From NCBI GenBank assembly GCA_000091205.1, contig AP006502.2: 64,000 bases of DNA, one strand, 5' to 3'. The position numbers and the translations under genes were made by a program. This DNA comes from Cyanidioschyzon merolae. Lineage: Eukaryota. Position 1 is the first letter of the stretch. Each line of letters opens with the position of its first letter. The notes under the pieces are model-generated. The model saw only the letters and a list, made by a program, of their open reading frames with translations. It was not told the origin of the DNA and did no database searches. Positions 1 to 10,701 of the stretch are shown here, piece after piece.

Positions 1-304
1 TCTCTATATCTGCGGCTATGCGCGTGAATGTTTTCGTGTAGCCAACTCGATGCAAACGCTCCAAGCCTTGGGCTTTGTGCGCCGCTCGCCTCCATCACAA
101 GCCCACACCTTCCACAGTCGCATCTCGCGCTAGAAAGCCCGAAACTTCATGAAAGGACTACGGTCGCGCTTCGTCGTCTGTACCGTGACGTGCGCTTGCG
201 CATCTGCGGCTCGCCATGTATGGGTTTTTTCGATGACAAAACGTTTAGATTGACCATGGATCCCAGAATTCGGGATGGATAATGGCTTTCGGGCAGAGCC
301 TCCA

Positions 305-510
305 AGATGAAGCACCTACCTTCAAGCTCCATTACCCATACCTCCTCTCGGATATACTGGTCGCTTCGTATGTTCTATAGTGCACCGAGTGCCTGTTTTG
401 AGCACCCGCCTTGACGCTTATACCGCTAAAGCAGATGCCGCACGGAGACAGAACGGCTTTGCCATACCACTGAGGGCGTCGGCTCGAGCGGAGGCGCCAT
501 GTACGTGTGC
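305..510. repeat. dispersed ~200-bp repeat, copy 1 (homologous to 11805-11975)
   Basis: Direct nucleotide alignment with copy 2. The shared blocks are …cccatacctcctctcggatatactggtcgcttcgtatgttctatagtg… and …gacagaacggctttgccataccactgagggcgtcggctcgagcggaggcgcc…. Confidence 0.7.
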
Positions 511-569
511 TGCACCTTCACGCGACACCATGCGTAAACCACGACGCTGGCATAGCGGAACCCAGCGTC

Positions 570-1742
570 TCATGATCCACGCTTCTCCCGCTCGCTTCTG
601 CTGACGTTGCCTCTGGTCGACGTTTCCGTCGACGCGTTCAGGGGCCATTTGGTAAGGCGCATCGTACGCGAGGGCAGTACCCGAACGAGCTCCGCCCGAC
701 GCTTCATGCCCGCTGGGATCGCTAACGCTCGCTCTTCAATATCTCGCGTTACCAGTTCAATCAATTCATGTTTCTTTGGCTTCTTGCCGCCTATGACTTT
801 GCCCAGACGTAACGCTCTTCGCTCTGCACGACATTGTTGTATAAGCTGGTCCATTTCTTTCATCCGCTCAGCGATGAGCGCCTGACGAAACGCTCTCTCT
901 CTTTCCCATTTGTGGCCTTTGCGAAGGTAACGGAGATACATCTCCGCACCAATTTCCTCTAAAGTAGCGACAGATACCGTTTTCGTTCGCGATGACGGCT
1001 CCGACTTCGCCAGCGACTCGGTGTGGATCACGACTCCAAGTTTCTTCCGCGGGATGTCGAAGGGCCACGGAACGCCGCGAAGTAGACACTGACGCCGCAG
1101 GTATGCTCGCTGTCTCGCGGTGACTTTTGGCGGACGCCAGACAACCCGGGTGTTGCTCGTTAGGGCGTCAGTCAGACCACCGACTCGCAACGAGTCCGGC
1201 TGCGCAGAATCGTCCAGCAACCGAGCTTGACGCCATAGCGCTTCCCGCTCTGTCAGTGGTCGTTCTATCACCTGAGGAAGCATACCCGGCGGCAAGCGCT
1301 TTTTTGCCGCCTCAACCGCTTTCACGTTCACTGGCAGCAGTCGGCGGCTGGCATGCGGATGACTCGCAGGCAGCGTTGTGAGCGCAAACAGCTTCCCTGC
1401 AACAACGTCCGCACTGCCGGGCTCCTTCACACCGGCAGCACTTGAGCGTGCTCTCCGGACCAGCAGTCCCCAGACTCGCCCCACGCCTCCCAACATGAAA
1501 CTGACGGCGACTCGCGAGAGTCTGGCGTGGTTTAAGCAGCTGATAGAGAGGCGGAGCGCTGCTTGCTGTAGAGGCGACGCCCGGTGCGCTCGACGGTCGC
1601 AGGGCGACGCATCCATTATACGCGGCTGGGATAGCGGCTTTGGAACGCTGAGATACGTTGACGTTGCAGTTGCGACGACACCTTGAGCCTCATCCTGGCA
1701 CGATGTGTAACGTTCTCTTGTTATGAAGAGAGGTCCGAGCAT
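570..1742 (-). CDS. hypothetical basic protein (possibly an organellar ribosomal-type protein); true start probably an internal ATG
   Basis: 390-aa ORF on the minus strand. Lys/Arg-rich C-terminal half (…LRYLRKGHKWERERAFRQALIAERMKEMDQLIQQ…). It is divergent from the YbeY gene and the two ORFs overlap at their 5' ends, so the listed start is suspect. No firm family match is recognised. Confidence 0.4.
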   Translation of the reverse strand: MLGPLFITRERYTSCQDEAQGVVATATSTYLSVPKPLSQPRIMDASPCDRRAHRASPLQQAALRLSISCLNHARLSRVAVSFMLGGVGRVWGLLVRRARSSAAGVKEPGSADVVAGKLFALTTLPASHPHASRRLLPVNVKAVEAAKKRLPPGMLPQVIERPLTEREALWRQARLLDDSAQPDSLRVGGLTDALTSNTRVVWRPPKVTARQRAYLRRQCLLRGVPWPFDIPRKKLGVVIHTESLAKSEPSSRTKTVSVATLEEIGAEMYLRYLRKGHKWERERAFRQALIAERMKEMDQLIQQCRAERRALRLGKVIGGKKPKKHELIELVTRDIEERALAIPAGMKRRAELVRVLPSRTMRLTKWPLNASTETSTRGNVSRSEREKRGS

Positions 1743-2700
1743 GTTCGTTGGAGCCGTTTTCGGACCGGCGCCGTGTCGTGTCGGTGGACGGTGCAGCTGG
1801 AGTCCGCGATTTAGCCGGGAAGCACAGGAAGTGCAGTTCCCGTGTAGTTTTTCGTCTGGAGTAGCAAAGTGTAGTCCAAACTCATCGTATTACTCAAAAA
1901 CGGCTGAAAAAAGTGCACTTTGGAGGAATGACGCACAGCAACGTGCTTTTGCACGCTGTCTCGCGGACGCCGAACATCGCAGCATCGCTCCTAGGGTGCG
2001 GCGCCAAGCGCGGAGGCCGCGGTTACGAGTGCTGGCGTCGCCCTCGGAGGACCTCTCTCTGGCGCCTGCTGCACTGGAAAGCGTCTTGTCCTGGTGTCGA
2101 AGGGACGCGCGGGATGCCCTACGGGCGGCACTCGCGGTCACGCTGCCGTCGCTGGCGCCGCTATCAGCGAAGGCGGCAACAGCGTGCCCGCAAACGCCGG
2201 AGTTGCACCAGGGACAAAGGCAAGCACTGAGCAGCGGTGTAGTAGGCTCGACTCAGGATTCTTTAGATTCCGAAAGACGCTTCATAGCGCCATTGGAGAA
2301 GGTTTTTATGCAGGAACCAGTCCCGTCGCAAATTGAGTTATCGATTTACCTCTGCACCGACGCGCACATCCAGCTCTTGAACAAGCACTATCGCTCCGTG
2401 GACGCACCGACAGATGTGCTGAGCTTTCCGCAACAACAACTCCGGATACTTGGCGATGTTGTGATTTCGTTAGACACTGCGCAACGGCAGGCGGGCGGAC
2501 GCTTGCGCGATGAGCTACGAACCCTGCTGCTTCATGGCATTCTGCACTTACTGGGATTCGATCACGAAATCGATGAACAGCATCATATCCTTTTTGCGCG
2601 AGCAGAGGAACGGATCACGCAAATGCTCGAGTGGCGTGGCAGGGGCCTCATTGCGATGATCAGCGAACGCGACGACCACGAATCGCACGACGGCCCCTGA
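1723..2700 (+). CDS. ybeY: YbeY-family endoribonuclease (UPF0054) with N-terminal extension, probably organelle-targeted
   Basis: The C-terminal ~150 aa carry the YbeY signature: …VLSFPQQ…, the H3xH5xH zinc motif HGILHLLGFDH, and EIDEQHHILFARAEERI. The ATG at 1723 was checked; the alternative ATG at 1741 avoids overlap with the divergent gene. Confidence 0.75.
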   Translation: MKRGPSMFVGAVFGPAPCRVGGRCSWSPRFSREAQEVQFPCSFSSGVAKCSPNSSYYSKTAEKSALWRNDAQQRAFARCLADAEHRSIAPRVRRQARRPRLRVLASPSEDLSLAPAALESVLSWCRRDARDALRAALAVTLPSLAPLSAKAATACPQTPELHQGQRQALSSGVVGSTQDSLDSERRFIAPLEKVFMQEPVPSQIELSIYLCTDAHIQLLNKHYRSVDAPTDVLSFPQQQLRILGDVVISLDTAQRQAGGRLRDELRTLLLHGILHLLGFDHEIDEQHHILFARAEERITQMLEWRGRGLIAMISERDDHESHDGP

Positions 2701-2720
2701 TGATGATGATGATGATGATG
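2698..2720. repeat. (TGA/ATG)7 trinucleotide microsatellite immediately after the YbeY stop codon
   Basis: The sequence tgatgatgatgatgatgatgatg is seen directly. Confidence 0.9.
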
Positions 2721-3666
2721 AAGGAAGCGCTGATCAACGTTGCGGTTAGAGACGCTACAGACGACGATGCACGCTGGCTACGGACTGGTAACGCCAGCGT
2801 ACAAGGATATGGAGAAGGTGGCCGGTAGCGTCGAGTTGATGCAAAGATCGAATTTACGGCACCGGTTACCAAGCTGCAGACAGAACTCATCCGGTCGACA
2901 GGCGCCCGCTGTGTGGACGCCTGCTCGGCTGTGGCGAGGCCGTCGTTTCGCCTTACGACGTTCGCTGCATTCTCAGCGCGGGGATTTTCGCTCAAGTTAT
3001 CCGGACTCGGTTCTGTTGGAGCATCCTGCACTCGGACTAGAACATGGCTGCGTTCGTGAAAGCAGCGTGAGGTTGCAGGGCCCCGCGACCCGCTGACCTT
3101 CGCGCATCCGACCGACGTTGGTCATATCAGGCGATGTTGCACCCCGCAACTTGTTTCGGGGTAGTGTCGGGAAACACTTGACGCCGGCATGCCCAGCACT
3201 GTTGCATGCGATTCGGGTCGGGATGCGAGGAGAGCTCTTGTGGCGACTTATCCAGTAATCGCAACAGACCGGATCATTTAGGCCATATAAACGTAATGAT
3301 GACGTCGACCGTTGCACAGGGTCATCTGCTCGGGCCTGGATCATGTCGCTCTGCATCGGCAGAATTTCTGCCTCGATCCGCACAACCGATCCAGAGGTAT
3401 CTGCACCGCGGTACTGCGTCCTCGATGGATTGCCCCGTGGGCTGCGTCGACCTGAGCGCTCGTCCTCCGAGGCGTTTGCAGATTACAGGACATATCAAGC
3501 GATACGCATTTGTGCAGTTCACGTTCGTGGGACGAGAACGCAGGCACTGTATGTACAGACAGATGCACACAAAGCGTATCGCTCCCGTTATGGTACCTGG
3601 AATGATGCGGTGCCTGACAGAGCCCAGGCCCGCAAAGATCGAAATCGCTGTGCGGACGTTATTTTT

Positions 3667-3687
3667 CATCATCATCATCATCATCAT
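3667..3687. repeat. (CAT)7 microsatellite, reverse complement of the (ATG)7 tract ~950 bp upstream
   Basis: The sequence catcatcatcatcatcatcat is seen directly. It gives poly-H or poly-M runs in the spurious ORFs that overlap it. Confidence 0.9.
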
Positions 3688-3885
3688 CAATGCGGCATGC
3701 GTCACGTCGCTGCCCCGGATCTGCGAGCACGCCATCCCCGAATCCACCAGCTTCTTCTGGGTGCGAGACCCCGATTCTACTGCTTACGCAATGCGGAGCA
3801 TTCACGCCTATCAAATCGCCATCGCCGCCGCGATCAACAGGAGAAGTGCTGCTCCTGTCCCTCCGGTGTGCTAAGCGCGATGAAC

Positions 3886-5652
3886 TCAGCCATTAGCATC
3901 CTGTTCAATGCGAAGCGCTACCATCGCCTGGTTTGCTTCTGTGTCTCCCGTCGATTGCAGCAATCGGCGTCGCTTGCGGTAGTACCAGAGCCCGAACCAG
4001 AGCGCAACACTTGTGACCAGGAGTGGAACCATAATGAACAAAAGGACATTTGCGTGCTTCCGTATAAAGATGCCTATACTGCCGAAGAGCGTCGTTTCGC
4101 TGCGGTGTCCGCTTGGCGCGGATGATCGAGGTTCGTCTTGATCGCTTGTTGACCCGGAGCCCGTCGGGTGTGTGGTCGTGAAAGGGATGCATCCGCGAGC
4201 CGACTGAAACCCTATCCGTTTGTGTGCTCGATCATACACAGTGAAAAAGTTGCGCAGCCACACGAGACCTAATATCGCTTCGACACCATAGCTGGGCCCG
4301 AGGGACGGCTCCTCCGCGATCCCCATGCAGTAAAATGTTGGTTCTGGTGGATTATCTACCCGAACGAAATACTGTAGCGGAGTCAGCGTCAAGTTCCCAG
4401 CGCCAGCTAGCGTGAATGTTAGGTTGGGAAACTGTCGGACTTCCTCTGGAGAATACGATGCGCACGCAGCGTGATCCAGTATACTCGGTTCTTGGGCATT
4501 ATCCGGACACACATACGGAATATGGCAGTAGTGCGCACGAAGGTAGTCTCGGAACGCCGCAAACGCTCCTGTTGAAAGGGCGATGAGCGTCGTGCCCGAG
4601 TCCACGAATGCGCTGTGCCGATTGGCAATGCCCGCATCGTGTCCATCGATATACACATGCTCTAGCTCTATATCATAAAAAAGATGGTGCACAATTGGCG
4701 TCCACCGGATCTCCATCGGATCCATACGAGAATCCATAGCGCCAAGTACAAGACGCCCTTGCTCGTCGCTCACACAGAGACTGAACACATCTTCAGGGAC
4801 GAGTCGGTGCTGCAAGAGCGTTTCGAAAAACGGTAGCGTGCACAGCGGGTTGCATGACAGCCCCGGATACGCCAGGCCGAGCATCCCTTCAATGCCGCTG
4901 CCGAATACATCGGGACTGCGTCCCTGCGCTGACTCGATACCACCGAATACCATGGGCGCCGCACGGCCCGCTGCACCGACCATTCCCGCAACATAGCGGC
5001 CGTTGAAAGCAGTACCGTCCCCGTAACGGATCTGATAGATGCAATGTCCACGTCCGTCACAGATACCATGCTGATCAGGTTCACAGGAAAAGGTCTCGGG
5101 CGGATCGCCCAGCGGCGCTGTGCGGCTTCCGCAGTGCAGCGTGCGATCCTCGTCGACTTGCAGCCGCCGCTTGCCCGCCGGGCAAGCATCGCACACGCTC
5201 GTGATAACTGCTAACGAGGACGAGCCGGTATCCACTGAAAGGGTGTACGGGGATCCATCAATTTCGATTGTTGTTGCATACATACCGATGTGTACGAGTG
5301 AGCCATAGAGAGGCAGTTCTATTGGCGAGATCTGGGCATGGAGGGCGGCGTTCCCGTTGGGTTCTAGTGCAAGCGGCCGCGACTTGCTGATCGGGACACG
5401 ATAACTGCTGTTCCGTAATTGAAACAACGTTCGCACGTGCATGTGTTGAGCATGAGTAGAAGCACTCTGTCCGCGGATCGTATCCCAGGTCAAAGCTCGT
5501 CGCTGTACGCGTTTCAGCGCGCACACGCGCTTTATGCGGTAAGCGCCTATGCTGCCGATCAGGGCCCCGAGGAAAAACAGCGTTAGCACGAACCCCAGCC
5601 ATGCTGCGCTTGTTCGAATCGTTCGACGCCGCAACTCAGAAGCTCTGTGCAT
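3886..5652 (-). CDS. membrane-anchored pepsin-like (A1 family) aspartic protease
   Basis: Both catalytic motifs are present: LSVDTGSSSLAV and AFVDSGTTLIAL. There is an N-terminal hydrophobic anchor (LGFVLTLFFLGALIGSIGAY) and a C-terminal TM segment (VLLFIMVPLLVTSVALWFGLWYY). The ORF is open up to 5994 but begins with GTG; in-frame ATGs lie at 5799 and 5652 (checked as cat on the + strand). Confidence 0.8.
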   Translation of the reverse strand: MHRASELRRRTIRTSAAWLGFVLTLFFLGALIGSIGAYRIKRVCALKRVQRRALTWDTIRGQSASTHAQHMHVRTLFQLRNSSYRVPISKSRPLALEPNGNAALHAQISPIELPLYGSLVHIGMYATTIEIDGSPYTLSVDTGSSSLAVITSVCDACPAGKRRLQVDEDRTLHCGSRTAPLGDPPETFSCEPDQHGICDGRGHCIYQIRYGDGTAFNGRYVAGMVGAAGRAAPMVFGGIESAQGRSPDVFGSGIEGMLGLAYPGLSCNPLCTLPFFETLLQHRLVPEDVFSLCVSDEQGRLVLGAMDSRMDPMEIRWTPIVHHLFYDIELEHVYIDGHDAGIANRHSAFVDSGTTLIALSTGAFAAFRDYLRAHYCHIPYVCPDNAQEPSILDHAACASYSPEEVRQFPNLTFTLAGAGNLTLTPLQYFVRVDNPPEPTFYCMGIAEEPSLGPSYGVEAILGLVWLRNFFTVYDRAHKRIGFQSARGCIPFTTTHPTGSGSTSDQDEPRSSAPSGHRSETTLFGSIGIFIRKHANVLLFIMVPLLVTSVALWFGLWYYRKRRRLLQSTGDTEANQAMVALRIEQDANG

Positions 5653-6504
5653 CGAAAGAAAAAAAGTGCGGCACGAGTGCGAGGTCCCTCGACACACTCC
5701 ACTCTGGTGTTTCGTGCGGCCTGCGTCTGGACGCTGTACGCCACACTGCACTCGATTTGTGCGCTGCGCGATGGGTACAACGCGAGTCCCTGAGAACATG
5801 TAGATCTCTAGACAAATTTGGAAATAGCCCTTGGACGACACAAATCGATGCGTGCGTGCGTTCTGATGGCAAGCACGCTTACCAACGGGACTTACACTTG
5901 CCACGTGCAGGTAGCCAGAAAGATGGGAGTGGCATTTCGGGGCGGATAAACGCCTGCACTCGACCACTAGTCTTTTCGTTGTTAGCGACTGCACTCGCCT
6001 AGCTGAATGACTGTGATTGGTCTCATCGACCGTTCACCAGAAAACTTGCAAGCAGCTGCAGACAACAGGCGGCACCCTGCGTACTTGCACCGAGCGACAG
6101 CATCGCTGGATCGAGGTCGCTTCGCTTTATGAGAACAAAACTGCTCCGGATCTGGTGCAGCATAGAAATGCATCTAGAGGAACGGCAATCTCCGTCCTTG
6201 TTCCTATTCGCATATGCGGATGGAGGAAAATCTGGGTCGATGCATCGGCTTTTCATCATACGAGAGCGTCGACGCATGCCTATGAATAAACTGTCTCCCT
6301 AGAGACCGTCTCTGCATTCGGCGTGGATACGCATGCAGCACAAGCCCAACGAGTAACGGATATTTACGATGCCCATGCAGTATCCGCGGTTTTCCAGCTT
6401 CACCGCTCGCCCCCCGGACGCAAGCACTAGCGTTGGTCACGTTCAGGCACGCATGATGCAGAGCGAGTAGCGCGTGTACTGAACTGCCATATATCCATCG
6501 TTGT

Positions 6505-9387
6505 TCAATACGTGCAATTGCGTCTGCAACGATGCACACAATCCGCGATCCATTGGGTAAAGTCGCGAGCTTCCAGTAAGGTTTCAATGAAATATGGCAT
6601 GCGCCATCGCCAGCTGCCCTCTTCATAACTGCGACCTGGATAATTGATTTGATCCTTCCGGGGATCAGCGCTTCGGAGAGAACGCCAACAATCCGTGTAG
6701 TCCTGCAGCGGGAGAATAGTCCACATCGATCCCGCGCCGAGATGCTGCTCCACAATCTTCTGACTCATCCATTCGGTGCAGTCCCAGGGCGGGGAACCGC
6801 CCTGTTCACCAAAGAATGACCAAAACATTTCGTGCGCTCGACCCCGATCCTCTTGCCACCACGCGCGCACCGTACTGCAATCGTGGCAGCTTGTCGAAGC
6901 TACGGTAAGGTACGTGTAGGCAGCTGGGGCGCCAAACTTGCCGATACCAGGCCAGCGTTGGATACGCAGGCCCAATATCCCGAGCTCTTCGAGAACCGCA
7001 TAGACCTCGGGTGGCACCATGCCGAGGTCCTCGGCGCAAATCATCATATTCGCCGAGGACTGGAGCGCGCGCAGGTTTCGCAGCCCACACGCACGCCAGT
7101 TCTGCCGGCGAAAGAAGTACTGCTCCCAGACTTGATCTAGGAGTTCCTTGTTCGCAAAGCGCTGATACGACGGCGTCGATTTCATATGGCAGGTCGGAAA
7201 GAAGGCATCGGGACCGGCACCATCGTCGTGAATGAGACACTGGTTCGCTATCAGCGACTGAAGAACTCGAAAGGTGCGCAAACGTGCCTGCTGCTCCGCA
7301 GCCGGTAGCGCGTGCCAAGCGGTGCGATCCTCGCCCGCGATGAGCAGATAGCGCGCGATGGCATCGTCCGTAGCGAGGTGCTTTTTGAAGGTCAACACAT
7401 GGCCGCCTTCGTGTACATCGAAGAACGTGTCCACGATCCGCTGCGATTCGGCGCCGAAACGCTCATCGATCAACCAGCGACGCAGATGCGGTGTGCACAA
7501 GCGGTAATATTCCGAGAGGATCGACCTGATCTCGTGCCGGTGTATGGGACTGGATGGTTCAAAACGCCCCAAGAGCCCCGAATAATTGTGACACGGAATG
7601 GACCAGGCTCGAAACAGACCGAGCACGTGGTCGATACGGAAAGCCTGAAAATACTGTGACATGTGTTGCAGGCGCTGGCGCCACCATCGGTAACCATCAC
7701 GCTCCATCTCATCCCAACGATACACTGGAAAGTCCCAGTTCTGCGCGGATGACATATCGAGCGCTGGAGCTCCGATCGAGCGATCCATACGGAAATACTC
7801 CGGATGTTGCCAGGTGTCCGCCGAGTCCCGAGTTACACCGATCGGAAGATCGCCCTTAAGGATAACTCCACGCATCTTGGCGTAGTCCGAGACACTTTTG
7901 AGTTGAAGATGCAGGTGATACTGAATGAAATAAATCAGCTGGACGCGATCATATGCAGGCGAAGACGGACTGGTCAGCGCAGCCACGAGGGACTGGTCGT
8001 TGCCGCGCTCGGGCCACTTATCGGACGGGAGCCGCTTCATGCCTCCAGCGGGTGCGTGCTTCTCCCGAAGAACCTTGTAGAGCGCATACGAGGTCAACCA
8101 GCTAGTGTTTTCTTTGAACCATACGTCAAAGTCTGGGTTCTGTAAACAGGCGCTACCACCGCTGGATTCATAAACCATCTCGAGAAAACGTAACTTCATT
8201 TCCAATACCTCCGGATACGCCACCTCATAATTCGCGTTCAGGCGTTCTCCATCTTTCACCAGCTCTTGCTGTAGCTTTGCCCTATTCGCAGGGCTGATCG
8301 TCGTCATCGCATCCAGAAGCCACTTCAGGTTCATATAAATCGGATGTATCGCGTGGACAGAAAGTGCCGAGTAAGGCGAAGGCTCCTCGCCGGTATCATG
8401 AATTGGCAGAAGCTGTACAAGTTTCAGGGACGCAGCAGCAACCCAGTCGATGAAGAGCTTCAGGTCGCCGAAATCACCTGCGCCTGCGGAATGACGCGAG
8501 CGCAACGAGATCAGCGGGATCGCGACACCCGCGCCCTTCCACACGGTCGCGTACCGGAAAACGTCATCGACATGAATGAAGCGCGTTTCCGGACAACGCT
8601 GCGGTATTCGAAGCGTGCGATTCGAGCCCTGCTCAGCGCAGATCAAGTTCGGTGGCTCCTGATCTTTCGCGATCACGTAACGGTATTCAAAGGGAATCGC
8701 TGCAACCGGAATCGAGACCATGCTTGCGTAGAGACACGAGCCGATCGGGAACATGGGAATCTGTTTCATGGGATTCCAGGCGCCGAGCGCTTCGGGAGAT
8801 CCCGTCACAAACACCTGATGACCAGCTTCCAAACGAGGTACATAGGACACGAAGCGAACTCGAATGACCGCTTGCGTAGACGTCGGTTCCTGGTGTGCCC
8901 AGCGCATGCGTGCCGCCGCTGCAGTATCCAGTTGCAACCAGGAAGTCGTTTTGGGCACGTTCAACTTTCGAAAAATCACATCCACAAAAGCAGAAGTTGC
9001 AAATACGGAGCTTTGTGCGACACGCCAAGAGTCGTAACAGTAGAGGTGTACGACGCCGGTGCCGGCCTGCTGGAACAGCGTCTCGTCAACGAGCACAGAG
9101 CGAATCGCCTGCGTCGCCTCCATGCGTTGCGAGTCCGCCGCTCCACTTCCAGATACGACAACGTACTTATAGTCGATGCTCACGGGCGTAGAAGCATCCT
9201 CAAGCACCAGGTCACGATCTCGGTCGAAGCACACGGAAGCGTGCCAGTTTCCCTCACCGATCGGATGCAGTGGCAGAGCTCGCGACACATCGCCTCCACC
9301 GAGTAGAGGGTGCGATCCAACAGCAACCAGGTATGCGTCCCCTCTTGTGACGTAGTTTATATGCAGATGAAGCTCTAAGCCCGGCAT
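6505..9387 (-). CDS. DPE2: 4-alpha-glucanotransferase (GH77, DPE2-like disproportionating enzyme) with N-terminal CBM20 starch-binding modules
   Basis: 960-aa ORF whose ATG was verified. Conserved GH77 blocks are present (YSALSVHAIHPIYMNL, DLPIGVTRDSADTW, RIDHVLGLFRAWSIP, MMICAEDLGMVPPEV). The N-terminal Trp-rich repeats are typical of CBM20. Confidence 0.9.
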   Translation of the reverse strand: MPGLELHLHINYVTRGDAYLVAVGSHPLLGGGDVSRALPLHPIGEGNWHASVCFDRDRDLVLEDASTPVSIDYKYVVVSGSGAADSQRMEATQAIRSVLVDETLFQQAGTGVVHLYCYDSWRVAQSSVFATSAFVDVIFRKLNVPKTTSWLQLDTAAAARMRWAHQEPTSTQAVIRVRFVSYVPRLEAGHQVFVTGSPEALGAWNPMKQIPMFPIGSCLYASMVSIPVAAIPFEYRYVIAKDQEPPNLICAEQGSNRTLRIPQRCPETRFIHVDDVFRYATVWKGAGVAIPLISLRSRHSAGAGDFGDLKLFIDWVAAASLKLVQLLPIHDTGEEPSPYSALSVHAIHPIYMNLKWLLDAMTTISPANRAKLQQELVKDGERLNANYEVAYPEVLEMKLRFLEMVYESSGGSACLQNPDFDVWFKENTSWLTSYALYKVLREKHAPAGGMKRLPSDKWPERGNDQSLVAALTSPSSPAYDRVQLIYFIQYHLHLQLKSVSDYAKMRGVILKGDLPIGVTRDSADTWQHPEYFRMDRSIGAPALDMSSAQNWDFPVYRWDEMERDGYRWWRQRLQHMSQYFQAFRIDHVLGLFRAWSIPCHNYSGLLGRFEPSSPIHRHEIRSILSEYYRLCTPHLRRWLIDERFGAESQRIVDTFFDVHEGGHVLTFKKHLATDDAIARYLLIAGEDRTAWHALPAAEQQARLRTFRVLQSLIANQCLIHDDGAGPDAFFPTCHMKSTPSYQRFANKELLDQVWEQYFFRRQNWRACGLRNLRALQSSANMMICAEDLGMVPPEVYAVLEELGILGLRIQRWPGIGKFGAPAAYTYLTVASTSCHDCSTVRAWWQEDRGRAHEMFWSFFGEQGGSPPWDCTEWMSQKIVEQHLGAGSMWTILPLQDYTDCWRSLRSADPRKDQINYPGRSYEEGSWRWRMPYFIETLLEARDFTQWIADCVHRCRRNCTY

Positions 9388-9678
9388 CTGTGAGCGTTGA
9401 GTACTGTCTCCCGCTGGGGAACCCGATAAACGCCCAGCCGGACGTCGCGTTCTCGGGCACGTGTCGCATCGCCTGCATCAGCGCGCTTCTGGTTTTCCAT
9501 TTGGACGACGCCGACGTGGTCAGCGGCTTCGGGGTACAGGCTCGCTCTGTGGAAGAAGGAGCACTCGTCTGCCATTGGCTCGTGATTACAACCAGGCTAC
9601 TAGTGGTGCAACTTGTGTAAATGGCTGCCTGAGCTACTGTCGTTCGAAGGTCTTCAACCGCCTTACGAAGGTTTTGTG

Positions 9679-10701
9679 ATGCAGCAAACCTCGGGCACGA
9701 CTGCCGCGGTACGTGCACTCGGCGCCAACGGCGGCAGCAGCACCGACGCTGTCGATACCACAGAAACGCTCGAACGCAAGTGCGTCGTGTGTCAGTCAAC
9801 CGAAGAGGTGCGTGTTTTTAGTGCAAACTGTGAGCGTTTATGTGTGCCGTGTTTCGTGGAACGTTTTGAGCGCTCCTTCCGGTACGCAGTGCAACGCTGG
9901 TCTATGCTCTCGCACGGAGAGCGCGTTGCTGTTGCGTTGTCCGGAGGTCCAGCCTCGCTTGCGCTTCTTGAGCTTTTGCACGGACTTCGGCGGGGGTTTG
10001 CGCATCACAAGGGTAAGATACGACCCAAGCACTTTGAAATTGTCGTTTTCCATGTTATCGTGCCAGCGGGGTATGGGGGCAATGGGGCCAGCGGCGCTGC
10101 CGCTCTCCAGGCGCTTGTACAGGAGCGCTATGGGCTGACTGTCCACACCGTTGATGAAGCACTGTTTCTTGCCCGCGCAGATGCGCTAGAAATGAGTACT
10201 CGGGATCCGATGGCAACGAATCACCAGCTAGACGTGCTGGATCCGACCATTGCGCCCGCGCTCGTTGCAGGCATTGTAAACGCTCTGCTGGAGCGGATGG
10301 CGGAAGCATACGAGTGCAAGAAACTATTCCTGGGCACAACGGTTACCCGAGCTGCGATCATAACCATCGCACGAGTAGCGACCGGGAATCCGCTACGTCT
10401 TGACGCCGAGATCGGAGTAGACTACCACTCGTCGACCGCAGGCTGCCAGGGATCGGCATACGCCTCAAGTGGTCCTCTTCGCTGGCTCCGCCCGTTGCGA
10501 AATATTTCTCTTCGCGACGTCATTCGATATCTTCGCGCTCGTGGCTGCACTGCGTGGATTACTCCAGCTGAGCCATGGGCACAGGAAAACATAGAAAGCA
10601 CTGCCGAGCGCTTCATATGGCGAGCTCTCGAAACGCGACCTGCAACTTCATTTTCCGTTGTGCATAGCATAGAGCGAGCTTTGAATCTAAGTGCCGACTA
10701 G
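9679..10701 (+). CDS. CTU2: cytoplasmic tRNA 2-thiolation protein 2 (CTU2/NCS2-like, degenerate PP-loop)
   Basis: The N-terminus has a CxxC…CxxCF zinc motif followed by a degenerate PP-loop, ALSGGPASLALLELL. This pattern matches CTU2 rather than TilS/CTU1. The listed ORF start at 9613 is TTG; the first in-frame ATG is at 9679. Confidence 0.55.
   Translation: MQQTSGTTAAVRALGANGGSSTDAVDTTETLERKCVVCQSTEEVRVFSANCERLCVPCFVERFERSFRYAVQRWSMLSHGERVAVALSGGPASLALLELLHGLRRGFAHHKGKIRPKHFEIVVFHVIVPAGYGGNGASGAAALQALVQERYGLTVHTVDEALFLARADALEMSTRDPMATNHQLDVLDPTIAPALVAGIVNALLERMAEAYECKKLFLGTTVTRAAIITIARVATGNPLRLDAEIGVDYHSSTAGCQGSAYASSGPLRWLRPLRNISLRDVIRYLRARGCTAWITPAEPWAQENIESTAERFIWRALETRPATSFSVVHSIERALNLSAD

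Noticed and set aside
420-500. 5S rRNA / snRNA identity for the dispersed repeat (because of a gccataccac string)
   Set aside because: Only that 10-mer resembles the 5S rRNA 5' end. The downstream sequence does not follow 5S, U2 or U6 consensus, and the ggg…ccc helix partners are absent.
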